DNA from: a virus
Taxonomy: Duplodnaviria > Caudoviricetes
DNA: 49,061 bases
Direction: 5' to 3' (one strand)
Virus record (IMG/VR): IMGVR_UViG_3300042983_000001
Span: 1 to 49,061 of that record
Shown in pieces: positions 19,134-28,678 of this stretch (the first letter of the stretch is position 1; each line of letters starts with the position of its first letter). The notes below the pieces were generated by a model. It was not told where the DNA came from and did not search any database. It worked only from the letters and a program-made list of their open reading frames with translations. The translations under genes and the position numbers were made by a program.

Positions 19134-21436
19134 TTTTCGTGCATGTGAACGTGAACTTCCTTAGCCGGCTCTGCCTTCTTTGGCTCTGAAGCCTTCTTAT
19201 CGGCCTCGGACTTATCAGCCCTGTCCTTCTCTGCCTGCTCGCGCTGGCGCTTGTCCTCAAGCGTGATTTCCTTCTCGCGTAGCTCGCGCTCCTGGACTAT
19301 CTCTTTTTCCCTCAGCTCCTTTTCCTGGGCGAGCTTCTTTTCCTCAAGTGCAAGCTTTCCCTGATCGGCCTCTCGTTCTTGGGCTAGCTTTTGTTCTTCT
19401 AGGTCGCGCTCCTGGGCGAGCTTTCTATCCTCGATCTCCTTCTCAGCGACGATCTTTTCCTGCCCAAGCTGATGCTGCGAGGAGATTTTCGCCATCTCTA
19501 TGGCGTTCTGTGCTTCTCGATCCGCGTTAGCCTGGGCAGTCTGCTCCGCGGCCTGCTGGCGATTAACTTCAAGTTCGGCCTGCTTGTTTTGCTGCTCGGC
19601 CGCGATCCTTGCCTGCTCTGCCTGTTGATCGGCCTCGATCTTCGCTGACTCGACATGCGCCTTCATGGCGATTTCGTCTTCCTTGACCTTCTGCCCTGAT
19701 AGGGCTTGCTGTAGCTCCTGCTTCAACTGCTGCGCAATCTGCATCAGCTCGGCGAGCTTAGGATCTTGGCCCTCGTCCTGGAGGAACCTTCCTCCGTCCC
19801 GATAGCCCATCATGCCGAAGGCTTCTTTGGCGATTTCGCCCTTGTTCAATCCCGGCGTCTGCATGGCGTAGATTTCAGCAGTAGCCTTAGCGCCTGACAG
19901 GAGACGATTCAGCCGCATGGTCGGGTCTGTGGCGCCCATTCCGACATTGACCGTAATCGTCAAATCCTGGCTCAAGTGCTCCTGCGTTACCTGAAAGCCG
20001 GCGCGATCGCCTATCAACGCGAGGACAGTTTCGTCAGTCTCGTAATGCGCCTCCAAGTCCGCGATCTGCCTAAGAACTGGCTCTACCCACGTCTCCGTTA
20101 CTGTACGAATCGTGTACTCAGTGATCTGGTTGGCGTTTTGGGACATCAAGCCCATACCGCCTACGGTCTCGTTCAGCTTCCGGTTCGTCATTACCGACGA
20201 CTGGGAAAACGCTCCCGACAGTTCATCATGCTCGACGTTAAGCCGGTCCTGCTCCTGGTAAGCAGAGCTGGTAACGTCGTTGAATTCCATCTCGTGAACA
20301 TCTTTTTCCGGGTCATTGGCTAAAGTCACCGACCCGGCGACGTTCCGGACCAAACTCTTAATATCAACCTGCGCCCCACGCTTGACGATGAAGCGCTTGT
20401 TCAGGACCAGCTTCACGTTATCCAGCCGCGAGTTCACGACATCGTTTATCTCGCGCTGGAGATTCGCGCCCAACTCAATGGGTGAAGACGGGTAAATCTT
20501 GTGCGTCTCGATCACCGCAACGCCCATGACATACGGGCGTTTCCCGGTGAAATAGACCTCTTTCAGCCTCTTCGGAGCGGACAGGATATGTTCTGTGCCG
20601 GCCGTGTAATAAACCCAGTCCTCACCCTTATGGCGGATGATGTTGCGATGAATCCAGACTATCTCGTACTCGGTCAGGGAGACTGACTGCGTGCTGTCTT
20701 CACGCTTGCCCTCCCTGACTTGGCGGGTGCTGTCGTACGCCTGACCCGTTGCCCCCTTAAGGTCTCCGTCCGAAAGCGTCTTCCACGCCGGTTCCCCAGT
20801 CTTGGGGTCTTGCGTGTCCATCATTTCTCGTACATCACACACATACATCGGCATTAACTCAACGATGTATGGACTTGTGCCTATCGGGTCGTACCACTTC
20901 GCCGCGGGGTCTATGCGAAGGTTTTCAACTGCGAGGATTTCAACGCTTGGCTCGTCCTCAATGACTTCAACTTTCTCAGCGCCAGCCTCGTCTGCGGTCT
21001 TCTTCTCCTTGTATTTCCAGTGCTGGTAGGAGCACACCACACCTACTGTCGCTGCGTCCTGAATCCCGCCTAGAACGACTTGGAACCACGGGATAGTCTT
21101 GGTCAGCCTGTGCTGAATAAGCTCCTTCATCACCTTGGCGCCTTCGGCCTGCTGCTGATTCTTGGTATTAGCAGGATCGACGCTCATCACGTCCATGTTC
21201 GAGAAAAACGCCGCAGCTGCAGAAGCCTCAAGACGTCTTACCGCTGAACGCGATTTGGGACGGAATATCTTGGAACGGTACTTATAAGCTTCGGAGTTGT
21301 ACTTAGAGCCTTGCGGGTGTTTCGATTGGAACATCTGCAAGTTGGTTTCCCATTGCTTGCGATAGTTCGAATCGACAAAAGACGTTGATGCTTTGTAGGA
21401 CTCCTGAGCTAGGCGAAGCGCCGTAGCTTCATCCAT
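19130..21436 (-). CDS. Portal protein (P22-like) with long C-terminal coiled coil
   Basis: 768 aa downstream of terL; 'NSRLDNVKLVLN', 'LNETVGG', 'ETWVEPVL'. Confidence 0.85.
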   Translation of the reverse strand: MDEATALRLAQESYKASTSFVDSNYRKQWETNLQMFQSKHPQGSKYNSEAYKYRSKIFRPKSRSAVRRLEASAAAAFFSNMDVMSVDPANTKNQQQAEGAKVMKELIQHRLTKTIPWFQVVLGGIQDAATVGVVCSYQHWKYKEKKTADEAGAEKVEVIEDEPSVEILAVENLRIDPAAKWYDPIGTSPYIVELMPMYVCDVREMMDTQDPKTGEPAWKTLSDGDLKGATGQAYDSTRQVREGKREDSTQSVSLTEYEIVWIHRNIIRHKGEDWVYYTAGTEHILSAPKRLKEVYFTGKRPYVMGVAVIETHKIYPSSPIELGANLQREINDVVNSRLDNVKLVLNKRFIVKRGAQVDIKSLVRNVAGSVTLANDPEKDVHEMEFNDVTSSAYQEQDRLNVEHDELSGAFSQSSVMTNRKLNETVGGMGLMSQNANQITEYTIRTVTETWVEPVLRQIADLEAHYETDETVLALIGDRAGFQVTQEHLSQDLTITVNVGMGATDPTMRLNRLLSGAKATAEIYAMQTPGLNKGEIAKEAFGMMGYRDGGRFLQDEGQDPKLAELMQIAQQLKQELQQALSGQKVKEDEIAMKAHVESAKIEADQQAEQARIAAEQQNKQAELEVNRQQAAEQTAQANADREAQNAIEMAKISSQHQLGQEKIVAEKEIEDRKLAQERDLEEQKLAQEREADQGKLALEEKKLAQEKELREKEIVQERELREKEITLEDKRQREQAEKDRADKSEADKKASEPKKAEPAKEVHVHMHEK

Positions 21437-21767
21437 TTTGCAACAGCAGGTGTTTCATGGGCACGCCGTCAACGGACTTGATCGGCGTGTACTCGGGAAC
21501 CTTTCTAGACAGCCCCGCCCTTTCAAGCAGTTCTCCACCTGCCCAAATGACGCCCTTGCGCAAGACGGAGTAATCGTGAGCCACGCGCTTGTAATGCAAG
21601 ACCATCGCCCACTTGGTGCTGATCCTGCCGTGTTTGATCGACAAGGCACCGGAACGCACGTCAACGTGCCATTCGTGGCCGGGATAGGTCTCCGACAGGA
21701 TGCGACCGGCGTCAGTGGCTAATTGCTGGTCGCGGTCGTGCTCATACTCGACGATGATGTGAGTCAC
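21429..21767 (-). CDS. Hypothetical protein
   Basis: 'YPGHEWHV' and 'GGELLERAGL' motifs; between terL and portal. Confidence 0.65.
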   Translation of the reverse strand: MTHIIVEYEHDRDQQLATDAGRILSETYPGHEWHVDVRSGALSIKHGRISTKWAMVLHYKRVAHDYSVLRKGVIWAGGELLERAGLSRKVPEYTPIKSVDGVPMKHLLLQNG

Positions 21768-21949
21768 AACTTGTTGTAGCCCTCGCGCATTGGGTCGTGA
21801 TCGGGAACTGATTTCTTCCCCGCGGTGTGAGCAGTCTTCACTGCTTCATCGGCCGGAACACCCTTCTTCACCATCGCATTCGCCATCCTGGCGGCATGGG
21901 AAGCGTGGGACGGTGGGAGCTTCTTGAACGTCCTGCTGTTATAAGACAT
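21764..21949 (-). CDS. Small hypothetical protein
   Basis: 61 aa, coupled overlaps. Confidence 0.55.
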   Translation of the reverse strand: MSYNSRTFKKLPPSHASHAARMANAMVKKGVPADEAVKTAHTAGKKSVPDHDPMREGYNKL

Positions 21950-22107
21950 TAGTCCTCCGCCACGTCAGGCATGCACTCGCGGTCAATAGCATGTTGTCTC
22001 CCCTCCCAGCCCAGCCACAGCCATTCTTTCGGCGTGTAGAGCAGCTTGATAGCTGCCGGCAATTCGGCATAGCCGTGAACATCAGCTTCCTGGGGTATAG
22101 ATGCCAT
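21949..22107 (-). CDS. Small hypothetical protein
   Basis: Likely start ATG 22107; 'YAELPAAIKLLYTPKEWLWL'. Confidence 0.5.
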   Translation of the reverse strand: MASIPQEADVHGYAELPAAIKLLYTPKEWLWLGWEGRQHAIDRECMPDVAED

Positions 22108-22252
22108 GGTTGGAACCAGAATCCTTGAACTCGCGATCATTTGAGAATTGATATACGGTCTCGGGCTCTCTCCATTCCTCGCCCCACATTTTCATGACCT
22201 CGGCGAGCCAGTTGATGATTTTATAAGTTGGGTTAGGCGTTACTCGATCCAT
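22082..22252 (-). CDS. Small hypothetical protein, 56 aa (not in ORF track)
   Basis: Manual translation MDRVTPNPTYKIINWLAEV...VYQFSNDREFKDSGSNHGIYTPGS fills the gap between neighbours. Confidence 0.5.
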   Translation of the reverse strand: MDRVTPNPTYKIINWLAEVMKMWGEEWREPETVYQFSNDREFKDSGSNHGIYTPGS

Positions 22253-22748
22253 ACAATACCTTTTCTACCCCCAGAAAAACCTCAAACGCTTCCCCAAAGT
22301 TCGGGGTCCCAAGACTTGATGCTCTTTTCGAGATGGACACGCTAAATGCAGCTCTATCAAATAGATCGCCCTGAACTCCACTTGCGTCTCCGCTTTCCAG
22401 CAAGCGCCAAAAATCCTTGTATACGAAATCGCTAATAAGCTCGGCGAGCCGTGATCCGACGTTTTGAAAAAGCAACCTGTCGTAACATTGGCGAGACGCT
22501 AGCCAAGCCACCACATCTTTGGTCTTATCCCCATAAAACCATTCTCCGCGAACATGCTCAGTCCGGATGAACTCATGCAATGACCTTTCCATATCGCGTT
22601 CGCTATCACCCCACATCTGATGGCACCACGCCAACAGGCGCAAATCTGCGCTATTGCCTGTCTGGCATTGCTTCAATCTAACGTGAGGGTCGCCGCCAAA
22701 TCCTATTTTTATACGTCCGCTGTCTCTTTCTTCGATTGCGTAAATCAC
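22233..22748 (-). CDS. GIY-YIG (T5orf172/MUG113-like) nuclease-domain protein
   Basis: 'IYAIE...IKIGF...RLKQCQTGN...VRGEWF'. Confidence 0.8.
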   Translation of the reverse strand: MIYAIEERDSGRIKIGFGGDPHVRLKQCQTGNSADLRLLAWCHQMWGDSERDMERSLHEFIRTEHVRGEWFYGDKTKDVVAWLASRQCYDRLLFQNVGSRLAELISDFVYKDFWRLLESGDASGVQGDLFDRAAFSVSISKRASSLGTPNFGEAFEVFLGVEKVLYGSSNA

Positions 22749-24407
22749 CTAAGTACCATCCTGATATACCTCCGGTAATGTATCGCTCTCGTCAATCAAC
22801 ACTGGCGGCCTTGGCTCCATGTCGTAAATACGACTGGCTGCGTCCATCAAATCCTTGAGCGGGGCAAATGGGTACAGCATCGCTTGCTCGATGAAGTGTC
22901 GGGACAGGTCGTACAGGTTGTTCTCGCTGTCCACCCGTCCCAAAGCCTTTACTATCCGGTAGGGGACGCGCTCGTTCACCATGCGCTGCATCATGCTGGT
23001 AAGACCTTGCTGCTCGGTGAACTTGAACTCCAAGCCTCCAGCCGTACCTGGTTCTAGCTTCCAGAAGCACGGCTTCCCCTGGCTCATCATCAGCGCCGGC
23101 AGGAAGAACTTGTGGCTCCTGAAGTCCGGGCCTAATCGTTGAACCCGATCATCCTTAGAGACTTCCGAGTCCCGCGGCCACTGCAATGGTTCAATCGGGA
23201 ACGAATCGTCCTCGACTTCCATGCGCTCGGTGAAGTAGTCCAGATCGGCTTGGGCTCCATAAGCCTCATAACCGACATGGACGGCCTGTATCCCTATCGC
23301 GCCTGTCCAGGCATTGCGGATGAGCTTCAGAGCCTCCCAGCGCCTTTTTAGGTCCATCCGGTGATTGAAGCCGTCCAGCAGGTATTTGTTGCGGCCGGCG
23401 TCTATACCGATGACCGCCACGGCGGTATTCGCTGAACCCTTCTTCATCGACCGGGCAGGGTCTACCAGGATGTACACGTTCAGCGTTGCCGGCCGTATCT
23501 CGTACCTTTGCAGGTCCAGGATGTTGAACATGGCCTGTTGCCCGGCTATCGGGTTCTGGAGCTGCTGGCAGGCTATAACTGCCGGCCCCTGGATTAGCTT
23601 CTTCTCGGTCCACTGCTCTTGAGTCAGTAGGACCGGCTTGCCGTCCACCCTGCCGTCTTCGGTGGCAGGGTATATCCGCGGCTTTAAGGCCCCGCGTTCT
23701 AGAATGGCATGATAGGTGTCGGCAAAACTGTATCTCGTGCCTTCGTGCCACTTACGTCCGTCAACCATTCCCAAGTTATCGGATAGTTCCCAAGCAGCCG
23801 TGGTCTTTGCTACCTGCTCCGGCGTTGTAATCGACTCAGGAGCCACCACGTCGTTGTACACGCGTAGCTTGTAGTGAGCTGATGTCGGCTGCCCATCCAC
23901 CAGCCCCCACGCCTCCAGCGTCGATTCCTTGGGATTGGTGGCGCGTTTTACGACTAGCCCAGTTTCCTCAGCCCACCTCGGCGCCTCTTTCTGCGGGTTC
24001 TGCCATAGGATGTCCGGGAACGCTTGCTTCAATACCTCGTTCGTTTCCAGCTCGTGCTTGATCTGCCGGAAGAACTTACGGGCTATTCCCTTCGTGTGGC
24101 TGAAGATGCAGACCGTAATCTCAGGGTCCCGGAGAATCTCCTGGATAATCCCGGCGAAGGTAATAAGCGTGGACTTGTAATGCTCCCGAGCCCACAGGTC
24201 TAGGTGATTGTCGGGGTCCTTCTCGACCTCTCGGCACCTGGCATATATCCACGGATGTAAGGCATCGGTCCTGCGGCACACCTTGACCAGCAGGTAATAC
24301 CGATCCTCTAAAGCTAGGGCCCTGATACCAGCTAGATCAGTCCCGGCTTTGTCGTACTTATCCCACTCGCTCAGCAGTTCGGGTAAGGCTAGATCCCACA
24401 GCTTCAC
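22749..24407 (-). CDS. terL: Terminase large subunit
   Basis: Walker A 'AREHYKST'; Walker B region 'LRVYNDVV'; nuclease motifs 'ILVDPA' and 'DLMDAAS'. Confidence 0.9.
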   Translation of the reverse strand: MKLWDLALPELLSEWDKYDKAGTDLAGIRALALEDRYYLLVKVCRRTDALHPWIYARCREVEKDPDNHLDLWAREHYKSTLITFAGIIQEILRDPEITVCIFSHTKGIARKFFRQIKHELETNEVLKQAFPDILWQNPQKEAPRWAEETGLVVKRATNPKESTLEAWGLVDGQPTSAHYKLRVYNDVVAPESITTPEQVAKTTAAWELSDNLGMVDGRKWHEGTRYSFADTYHAILERGALKPRIYPATEDGRVDGKPVLLTQEQWTEKKLIQGPAVIACQQLQNPIAGQQAMFNILDLQRYEIRPATLNVYILVDPARSMKKGSANTAVAVIGIDAGRNKYLLDGFNHRMDLKRRWEALKLIRNAWTGAIGIQAVHVGYEAYGAQADLDYFTERMEVEDDSFPIEPLQWPRDSEVSKDDRVQRLGPDFRSHKFFLPALMMSQGKPCFWKLEPGTAGGLEFKFTEQQGLTSMMQRMVNERVPYRIVKALGRVDSENNLYDLSRHFIEQAMLYPFAPLKDLMDAASRIYDMEPRPPVLIDESDTLPEVYQDGT

Positions 24408-24706
24408 CGAACGGTCTGTCTTAGCGCCTCAGCAGCAGCCACGAGCTGACCGAATAGGTTCTCACCATCCGGGCCGGCTATGGATTGGACGGCTTTCCCG
24501 TCAAGGCGCTCGGCAATCTCCTTAACCGAGTCCTTATCACCAGCAAGCGCACCCTCGACAACCCGGTCAGCAATCTTACGCAGCGCCTCTCCAGCCTTGA
24601 CATCACCAGCCTCGTATTGCGCCAGAGCGCGCTCTAGGGTTTGCGTCCATGGCCTCTTAGTTTGCTTCCCACTAGGATTGCCTGATTGGCCTGGTTCGAA
24701 AGGCAT
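24404..24706 (-). CDS. terS: Terminase small subunit
   Basis: 'PFEPGQSGNPSG' N-terminus, 'ERLDGKAVQ'; overlaps terL. Confidence 0.8.
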   Translation of the reverse strand: MPFEPGQSGNPSGKQTKRPWTQTLERALAQYEAGDVKAGEALRKIADRVVEGALAGDKDSVKEIAERLDGKAVQSIAGPDGENLFGQLVAAAEALRQTVR

Positions 24707-24744
24707 TGCGCTGCAACATTAATTCGTTGATTTCAATTGGTGGG

Positions 24745-24951
24745 TTACCAGCGCCTGCCTTTGGATTTCTTCACTGGCTTGACTGCCGTCTTCTTTGCCG
24801 GCTTCACGACTGCAGCGAGTGTCGCAGCCTCCGCCAGTACACGATCGCGCGCATCATGACCGCGGCCGGCCTCATAGACAGCCCTCAGCCCATCCATGCG
24901 GGATTTGGTGTTGCCTTGGTCAAACACCGCTTCAATCTCTTTGTCGGTCAT
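24745..24951 (-). CDS. Small basic protein, first late gene
   Basis: 68 aa with K-rich tail, after the late promoter/terminator. Confidence 0.5.
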   Translation of the reverse strand: MTDKEIEAVFDQGNTKSRMDGLRAVYEAGRGHDARDRVLAEAATLAAVVKPAKKTAVKPVKKSKGRRW

Positions 24952-24962
24952 GTGGAGTCTCT

Positions 24963-24994
24963 AAAATGAAAAAGGCCCGCCTAAGCGAGCCTTT
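24963..24994 (-). terminator. tR'-like terminator in the late leader
   Basis: AAAGGCTCGC-TTAG-GCGGGCCTTT followed by TTCATTTT. Confidence 0.75.
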
Positions 24995-25034
24995 ACGTTT
25001 CTTTGGGGAACACCTCTCCCCATCCTTGGCGCGC

Positions 25035-25063
25035 AGCATACGCGTTGCTGGATGGGATTGCAA
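25035..25063 (-). promoter_or_regulatory. Late promoter (PR'-like)
   Basis: TTGCAA-N17-TATGCT on the minus strand, followed by a short leader and terminator as in Q-dependent late promoters. Confidence 0.7.
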
Positions 25064-25086
25064 TAGGAGCCTGAAACACGCGCGTT

Positions 25087-26145
25087 TCATGTGGAACTCA
25101 CCACCTCTATTTTCTGCTCCTTCGGCTCACCCAAATAGGTGAACCCGAAGCGTTCATGGTTATGACCAGCCATCAATCCGTCCAGTACAGCCGCCCGCAT
25201 GGTGAAGTCACTGAGCGCTTTGTAATGTATCGATATAGCACTCCGAACCTCCATGATCCGGCTTTTCAAGACGCTGGCAGGATGGGCGTCCAATAGCGTT
25301 GCCAGCCCTTCGACATGCTTCCACAGCTCCGGATGGCTATCATTGGGGTGATTCCCGTACTGACTGATCATGCAGGTAATAAGCCTGTCCCATAGAAAAT
25401 AGGAGTGGTAGCGAAAGAATACGTTGTCGATCGGCGGCTTTAAGATTCCACGCCTCACCATGTCGTGCAGGGCTTCGTCAACGTAGAAATACCTTGTGGC
25501 CGTTTGGTTGCTACTCCACCGTATTACAGTGTCCGGCGTGGTCTGATTGGCTTGGTTGTCTACCAGGGGCATGTCAATGAACATTGCAGGGGAATCGTGA
25601 AGGGCTTCCAACAATCCGCAGGACTGAGGGAAGGCATTCTTCGAATAGAACTCCCAGGACGGCAAATTCACCGCCTGTTTTAATTTCTCCGTCCTCACGA
25701 TGTTGCAGGTTATGAAGCCGGTCATGTCCAACCAGCCCAAGTCACTGCATAGCTCGAACAGGTTAGGCCGGGTGACAATCGACTTTGAATCCTCGGATCG
25801 AATCTTCTCTGCGACGTGGATAAAATCTAACTTGGCCGTTTTCAGGACTTCGGTGATAAGCGCCATGGCTCCAGGCATGAGAATGTCGTCATCCCCAAAG
25901 GTCCAGGTCCACTCCGTTTCCGGGAGGTTGAATGCGTCTTTGAAGTTGTCCTGGAAATCCACGTGGAGTTCGCGGCGAACATGGATTAGGCCAAATTCCT
26001 CCGTCATCCGGTCCAGGACTTCGGGCGTTTCATCCGTTGAGGCGTTGTCCGATACAACAATCCTGCCGCCTTGTTCGGCGATAGATCGAATGCAAACTTC
26101 AAGCTGCTTGGCTCTGTTCCAGGTCGGTATTGCGAAGGTAATCAT
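25087..26145 (-). CDS. Glycosyltransferase family 2
   Basis: 'ITFAIPTWNR', 'VVSDNASTDET', DxD motif 'GDDD'. Confidence 0.9.
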   Translation of the reverse strand: MITFAIPTWNRAKQLEVCIRSIAEQGGRIVVSDNASTDETPEVLDRMTEEFGLIHVRRELHVDFQDNFKDAFNLPETEWTWTFGDDDILMPGAMALITEVLKTAKLDFIHVAEKIRSEDSKSIVTRPNLFELCSDLGWLDMTGFITCNIVRTEKLKQAVNLPSWEFYSKNAFPQSCGLLEALHDSPAMFIDMPLVDNQANQTTPDTVIRWSSNQTATRYFYVDEALHDMVRRGILKPPIDNVFFRYHSYFLWDRLITCMISQYGNHPNDSHPELWKHVEGLATLLDAHPASVLKSRIMEVRSAISIHYKALSDFTMRAAVLDGLMAGHNHERFGFTYLGEPKEQKIEVVSST

Positions 26146-26893
26146 AGATTCTAGTGAGCGATTCGTTCAAAGAAATACCGGGATGGTAAAAACGCACGTC
26201 CGGCTGATAAACAGTTGATGGCTCAGATCCACAAGCAACCGTCGCCCTATACATCTTAGCAATGCGATTAGCCAAATCCTCCATAGTTACTGGCTCATTA
26301 CCCGCTACCTCATAGAGCCAATTTTGCTGTCCGTCCAGGATTCTCAGCAGGCAGTTTGCCGCGTCATCTACGTGCATATAGGAGCGGATACTCTGCGGGC
26401 TTTTCACGACAACATGACCGCTACTCGCCATCTTGAAAAACTGCCCAGCCGCATACTGTCCGTCCAAGGGCATTTCCTCGCCTATCAGGGAGTAAAGCCG
26501 CACGATCCTAGCGCTCTCGCATAGTTTTTCCGCCATTGCCTTAGCACGCCCGTATGGCGTGTCAAGTGTTGCGGCTCCGGAGCTTACGAATAGAACCCGC
26601 CTGGCGCTTGTCCACTCCATCACTCGGCGCGCGCCTTCCACAATCGTGTAGTAGTCAAGATACGGAGTGTTCCTGATTAGCTCGTTCGCATCCCCTGCAG
26701 CATGGATTACGTCAGTGAAGGTGTCGATAGGGAACTCGACCTCGGTTATATCCCCTTTCCAATACTCCACCTTGCCGCTTCGTTCCCTCCGTGTCAGGCA
26801 AACGATCCGCTCGGTATCGCTGCGCTTGAGCAAAGCACGCACAATCGCCCTGCCGAGAAATCCAGTTCCCCCAGTTATGAAATATCTACGCAT
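26099..26893 (-). CDS. NAD(P)-dependent epimerase/reductase (extended SDR)
   Basis: 'ITGGTGFLG', 'SSGA', YxxxK 'YGRAK', 'RSYMHVDD'. Confidence 0.9.
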   Translation of the reverse strand: MRRYFITGGTGFLGRAIVRALLKRSDTERIVCLTRRERSGKVEYWKGDITEVEFPIDTFTDVIHAAGDANELIRNTPYLDYYTIVEGARRVMEWTSARRVLFVSSGAATLDTPYGRAKAMAEKLCESARIVRLYSLIGEEMPLDGQYAAGQFFKMASSGHVVVKSPQSIRSYMHVDDAANCLLRILDGQQNWLYEVAGNEPVTMEDLANRIAKMYRATVACGSEPSTVYQPDVRFYHPGISLNESLTRIYDYLRNTDLEQSQAA

Positions 26894-27990
26894 GGACTCA
26901 TGTCCGCAAATTCAGGCGACACAAACTTACTGTCTCTGATAATGGTAGCGAGCTTGGGAAGATAGGGCTGGTCTGGATCGATAAAGACCTCAATTAGCAC
27001 CGGCCTGTCCGATCCCATCACAACCGGCATTACAGAGTCGAAATCCTTCCGTGTCCGTATAGAATTCGACGCTATGCCAAAAGCTCTACTTACCTCCACA
27101 AAATCAGGACACGAAACTCCGCTCGCTTCGTTCGATCCTACATACGCCATCCCAAGGTTCTTCTGACTTGCCCGTATCATTTGATAGCCGTCATTTGAGA
27201 AGACGATTATCTTTATCGGCAGGTTGTGATGGCGGACGGTTTGTAGTTCCTGAAGGTTGAACATCATTCCGCCGTCTGTGTTCAGGCACAGCACCTCGCC
27301 TTTGTTTCGTGCGAACGATGCTCCTATTGCTGCCGGCAGTCCAAACCCCATCTCCCCTAGGCCCGTAGATGTTATAAGTCTTTGCGGTGGTCTCAGCTTT
27401 AACGCCTGATGCGCACAGAGCAATCCAGCCCCTACGTCGGTGACAATGATTTGATCGGGCTTTAGATGCCGTCCCAGCCGCTCCATGAATCGGTACGAAT
27501 TGATGTAGCTGGTATCGTCATGTGTCGGCGATTCTACCCATGGATATTTAGCGTGCCATCCGCAGCACTGATTCCACCATTCTTTCGGCGACTTGATAGG
27601 CTCGCCGGCAAGACACTCAAGAATAAAATCCCCCGCATCGCCGACTACAGTTTTCTCCGGATTATGTTTTGAGGCTTCTTGTGGATCGATGTCAACCACA
27701 ATCAGCTTGGCCCTGATTTTCGAGATGTCATAGCCGGTCTGGAGCAGGGAAAGCCTTGTGCCGATGGCTAGGATTACATCCGCCTCGGCAATGATCTTGT
27801 TTGCGCAACGCTGACCGTAGACACCCGCTCGGCCGAAGATCATAGGATGTTCCACCATGTCCGCCCCGGCCCATGACAGGATAGTCGGGATGCTGTAGTG
27901 CTCTAGAAACGCCTCCAACAGTTGAACGGAGCCGGCAAGCCTGATCCCATGACCTAACCACATTACTGGCCGCTTAGCCTCTCTCAGCAT
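26875..27990 (-). CDS. TPP-dependent enzyme, central + C-terminal domains (acetolactate synthase/YerE-like)
   Basis: 'AKRPVMWLGHG', 'GLGEMGFGLPAAIGA', TPP motif 'TDGG...NDGY'; start ATG 27990. Confidence 0.85.
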   Translation of the reverse strand: MLREAKRPVMWLGHGIRLAGSVQLLEAFLEHYSIPTILSWAGADMVEHPMIFGRAGVYGQRCANKIIAEADVILAIGTRLSLLQTGYDISKIRAKLIVVDIDPQEASKHNPEKTVVGDAGDFILECLAGEPIKSPKEWWNQCCGWHAKYPWVESPTHDDTSYINSYRFMERLGRHLKPDQIIVTDVGAGLLCAHQALKLRPPQRLITSTGLGEMGFGLPAAIGASFARNKGEVLCLNTDGGMMFNLQELQTVRHHNLPIKIIVFSNDGYQMIRASQKNLGMAYVGSNEASGVSCPDFVEVSRAFGIASNSIRTRKDFDSVMPVVMGSDRPVLIEVFIDPDQPYLPKLATIIRDSKFVSPEFADMSPCVDIS

Positions 27991-28496
27991 TGCGCGGCCT
28001 GTATGTCGGTTGGAATGTCCAGCCACACCGGACCAAAGCGCCGCAGCAATGCTCTGCTGAGTCCATATTCTAGCCAATGCTTCGCCGTCCTGGCATCTTG
28101 AATCATGTGCGCAAACTTCGTTATCTTCTTCATCATGCACACGCTATCGAATCCTTGAACTCCCCAGGCCCTCAATTCCCAATGAGTGTACGTCGGTTCA
28201 TTACCAGAAATGATGATTGTTGGAATGGAATCCATATATGCAGACACAATCCCCGTGACTGCATTAGTCGATCCTGCCCCCGTGGTGACAAGGACAACCG
28301 AAAGCCTCCCGGATACACGATAGTAAGCAGCTGCGGCCATGACTGCCGCTTGCTCATGATGCACGCAGACAAGCTCTGTCTTTCCCAACCTGGATATGGA
28401 ATCGAATAGGCGTACATTGCCGGCCCCTATAATGCCGAAGGCGTGTTTAATATCTTTCTCAGCCAGCCATTCGGCTATCGAATCAGCTACGATCAT
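27984..28496 (-). CDS. TPP-dependent enzyme, N-terminal (PYR) domain
   Basis: 'HHEQAAVMAA' (catalytic Glu), 'VTTGAGSTNA', 'GPVWLDIPTDIQ'. Confidence 0.88.
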   Translation of the reverse strand: MIVADSIAEWLAEKDIKHAFGIIGAGNVRLFDSISRLGKTELVCVHHEQAAVMAAAAYYRVSGRLSVVLVTTGAGSTNAVTGIVSAYMDSIPTIIISGNEPTYTHWELRAWGVQGFDSVCMMKKITKFAHMIQDARTAKHWLEYGLSRALLRRFGPVWLDIPTDIQAAQC

Positions 28497-28678
28497 TTAG
28501 CTTCCCACTTCCTCGCGTTCGCCCCGCATTCAGCACCGCTCACCCGGCGCGTTTCACATAGCTCTGGCTCACCAGTAACGCGATTGACTAATTCAGGCTG
28601 CTTGCAGCAATGCGCGTCGGCAGAAACTGAACTCTTAATCACAACGTGATACTTGCAGTCCAAGCAGATTTTTATCAC
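28493..28678 (-). CDS. Small Cys-rich phage protein
   Basis: 'CLDCKY...C...C.TRR....ECG'; GTG start overlaps the rfbH stop. Confidence 0.55.
   Translation of the reverse strand: MIKICLDCKYHVVIKSSVSADAHCCKQPELVNRVTGEPELCETRRVSGAECGANARKWEAK

Noticed and set aside
19250-19480. Tandem DNA repeats as a CRISPR array or VNTR
   Set aside because: Degenerate 33-bp coding periodicity of the portal coiled coil; no repeat-spacer structure and no cas genes.
26875-28496. Acetolactate synthase as an amino-acid auxiliary metabolic gene
   Set aside because: Context between rfbH and an SDR/GT2 fits sugar branching; no regulatory subunit or other ilv genes.
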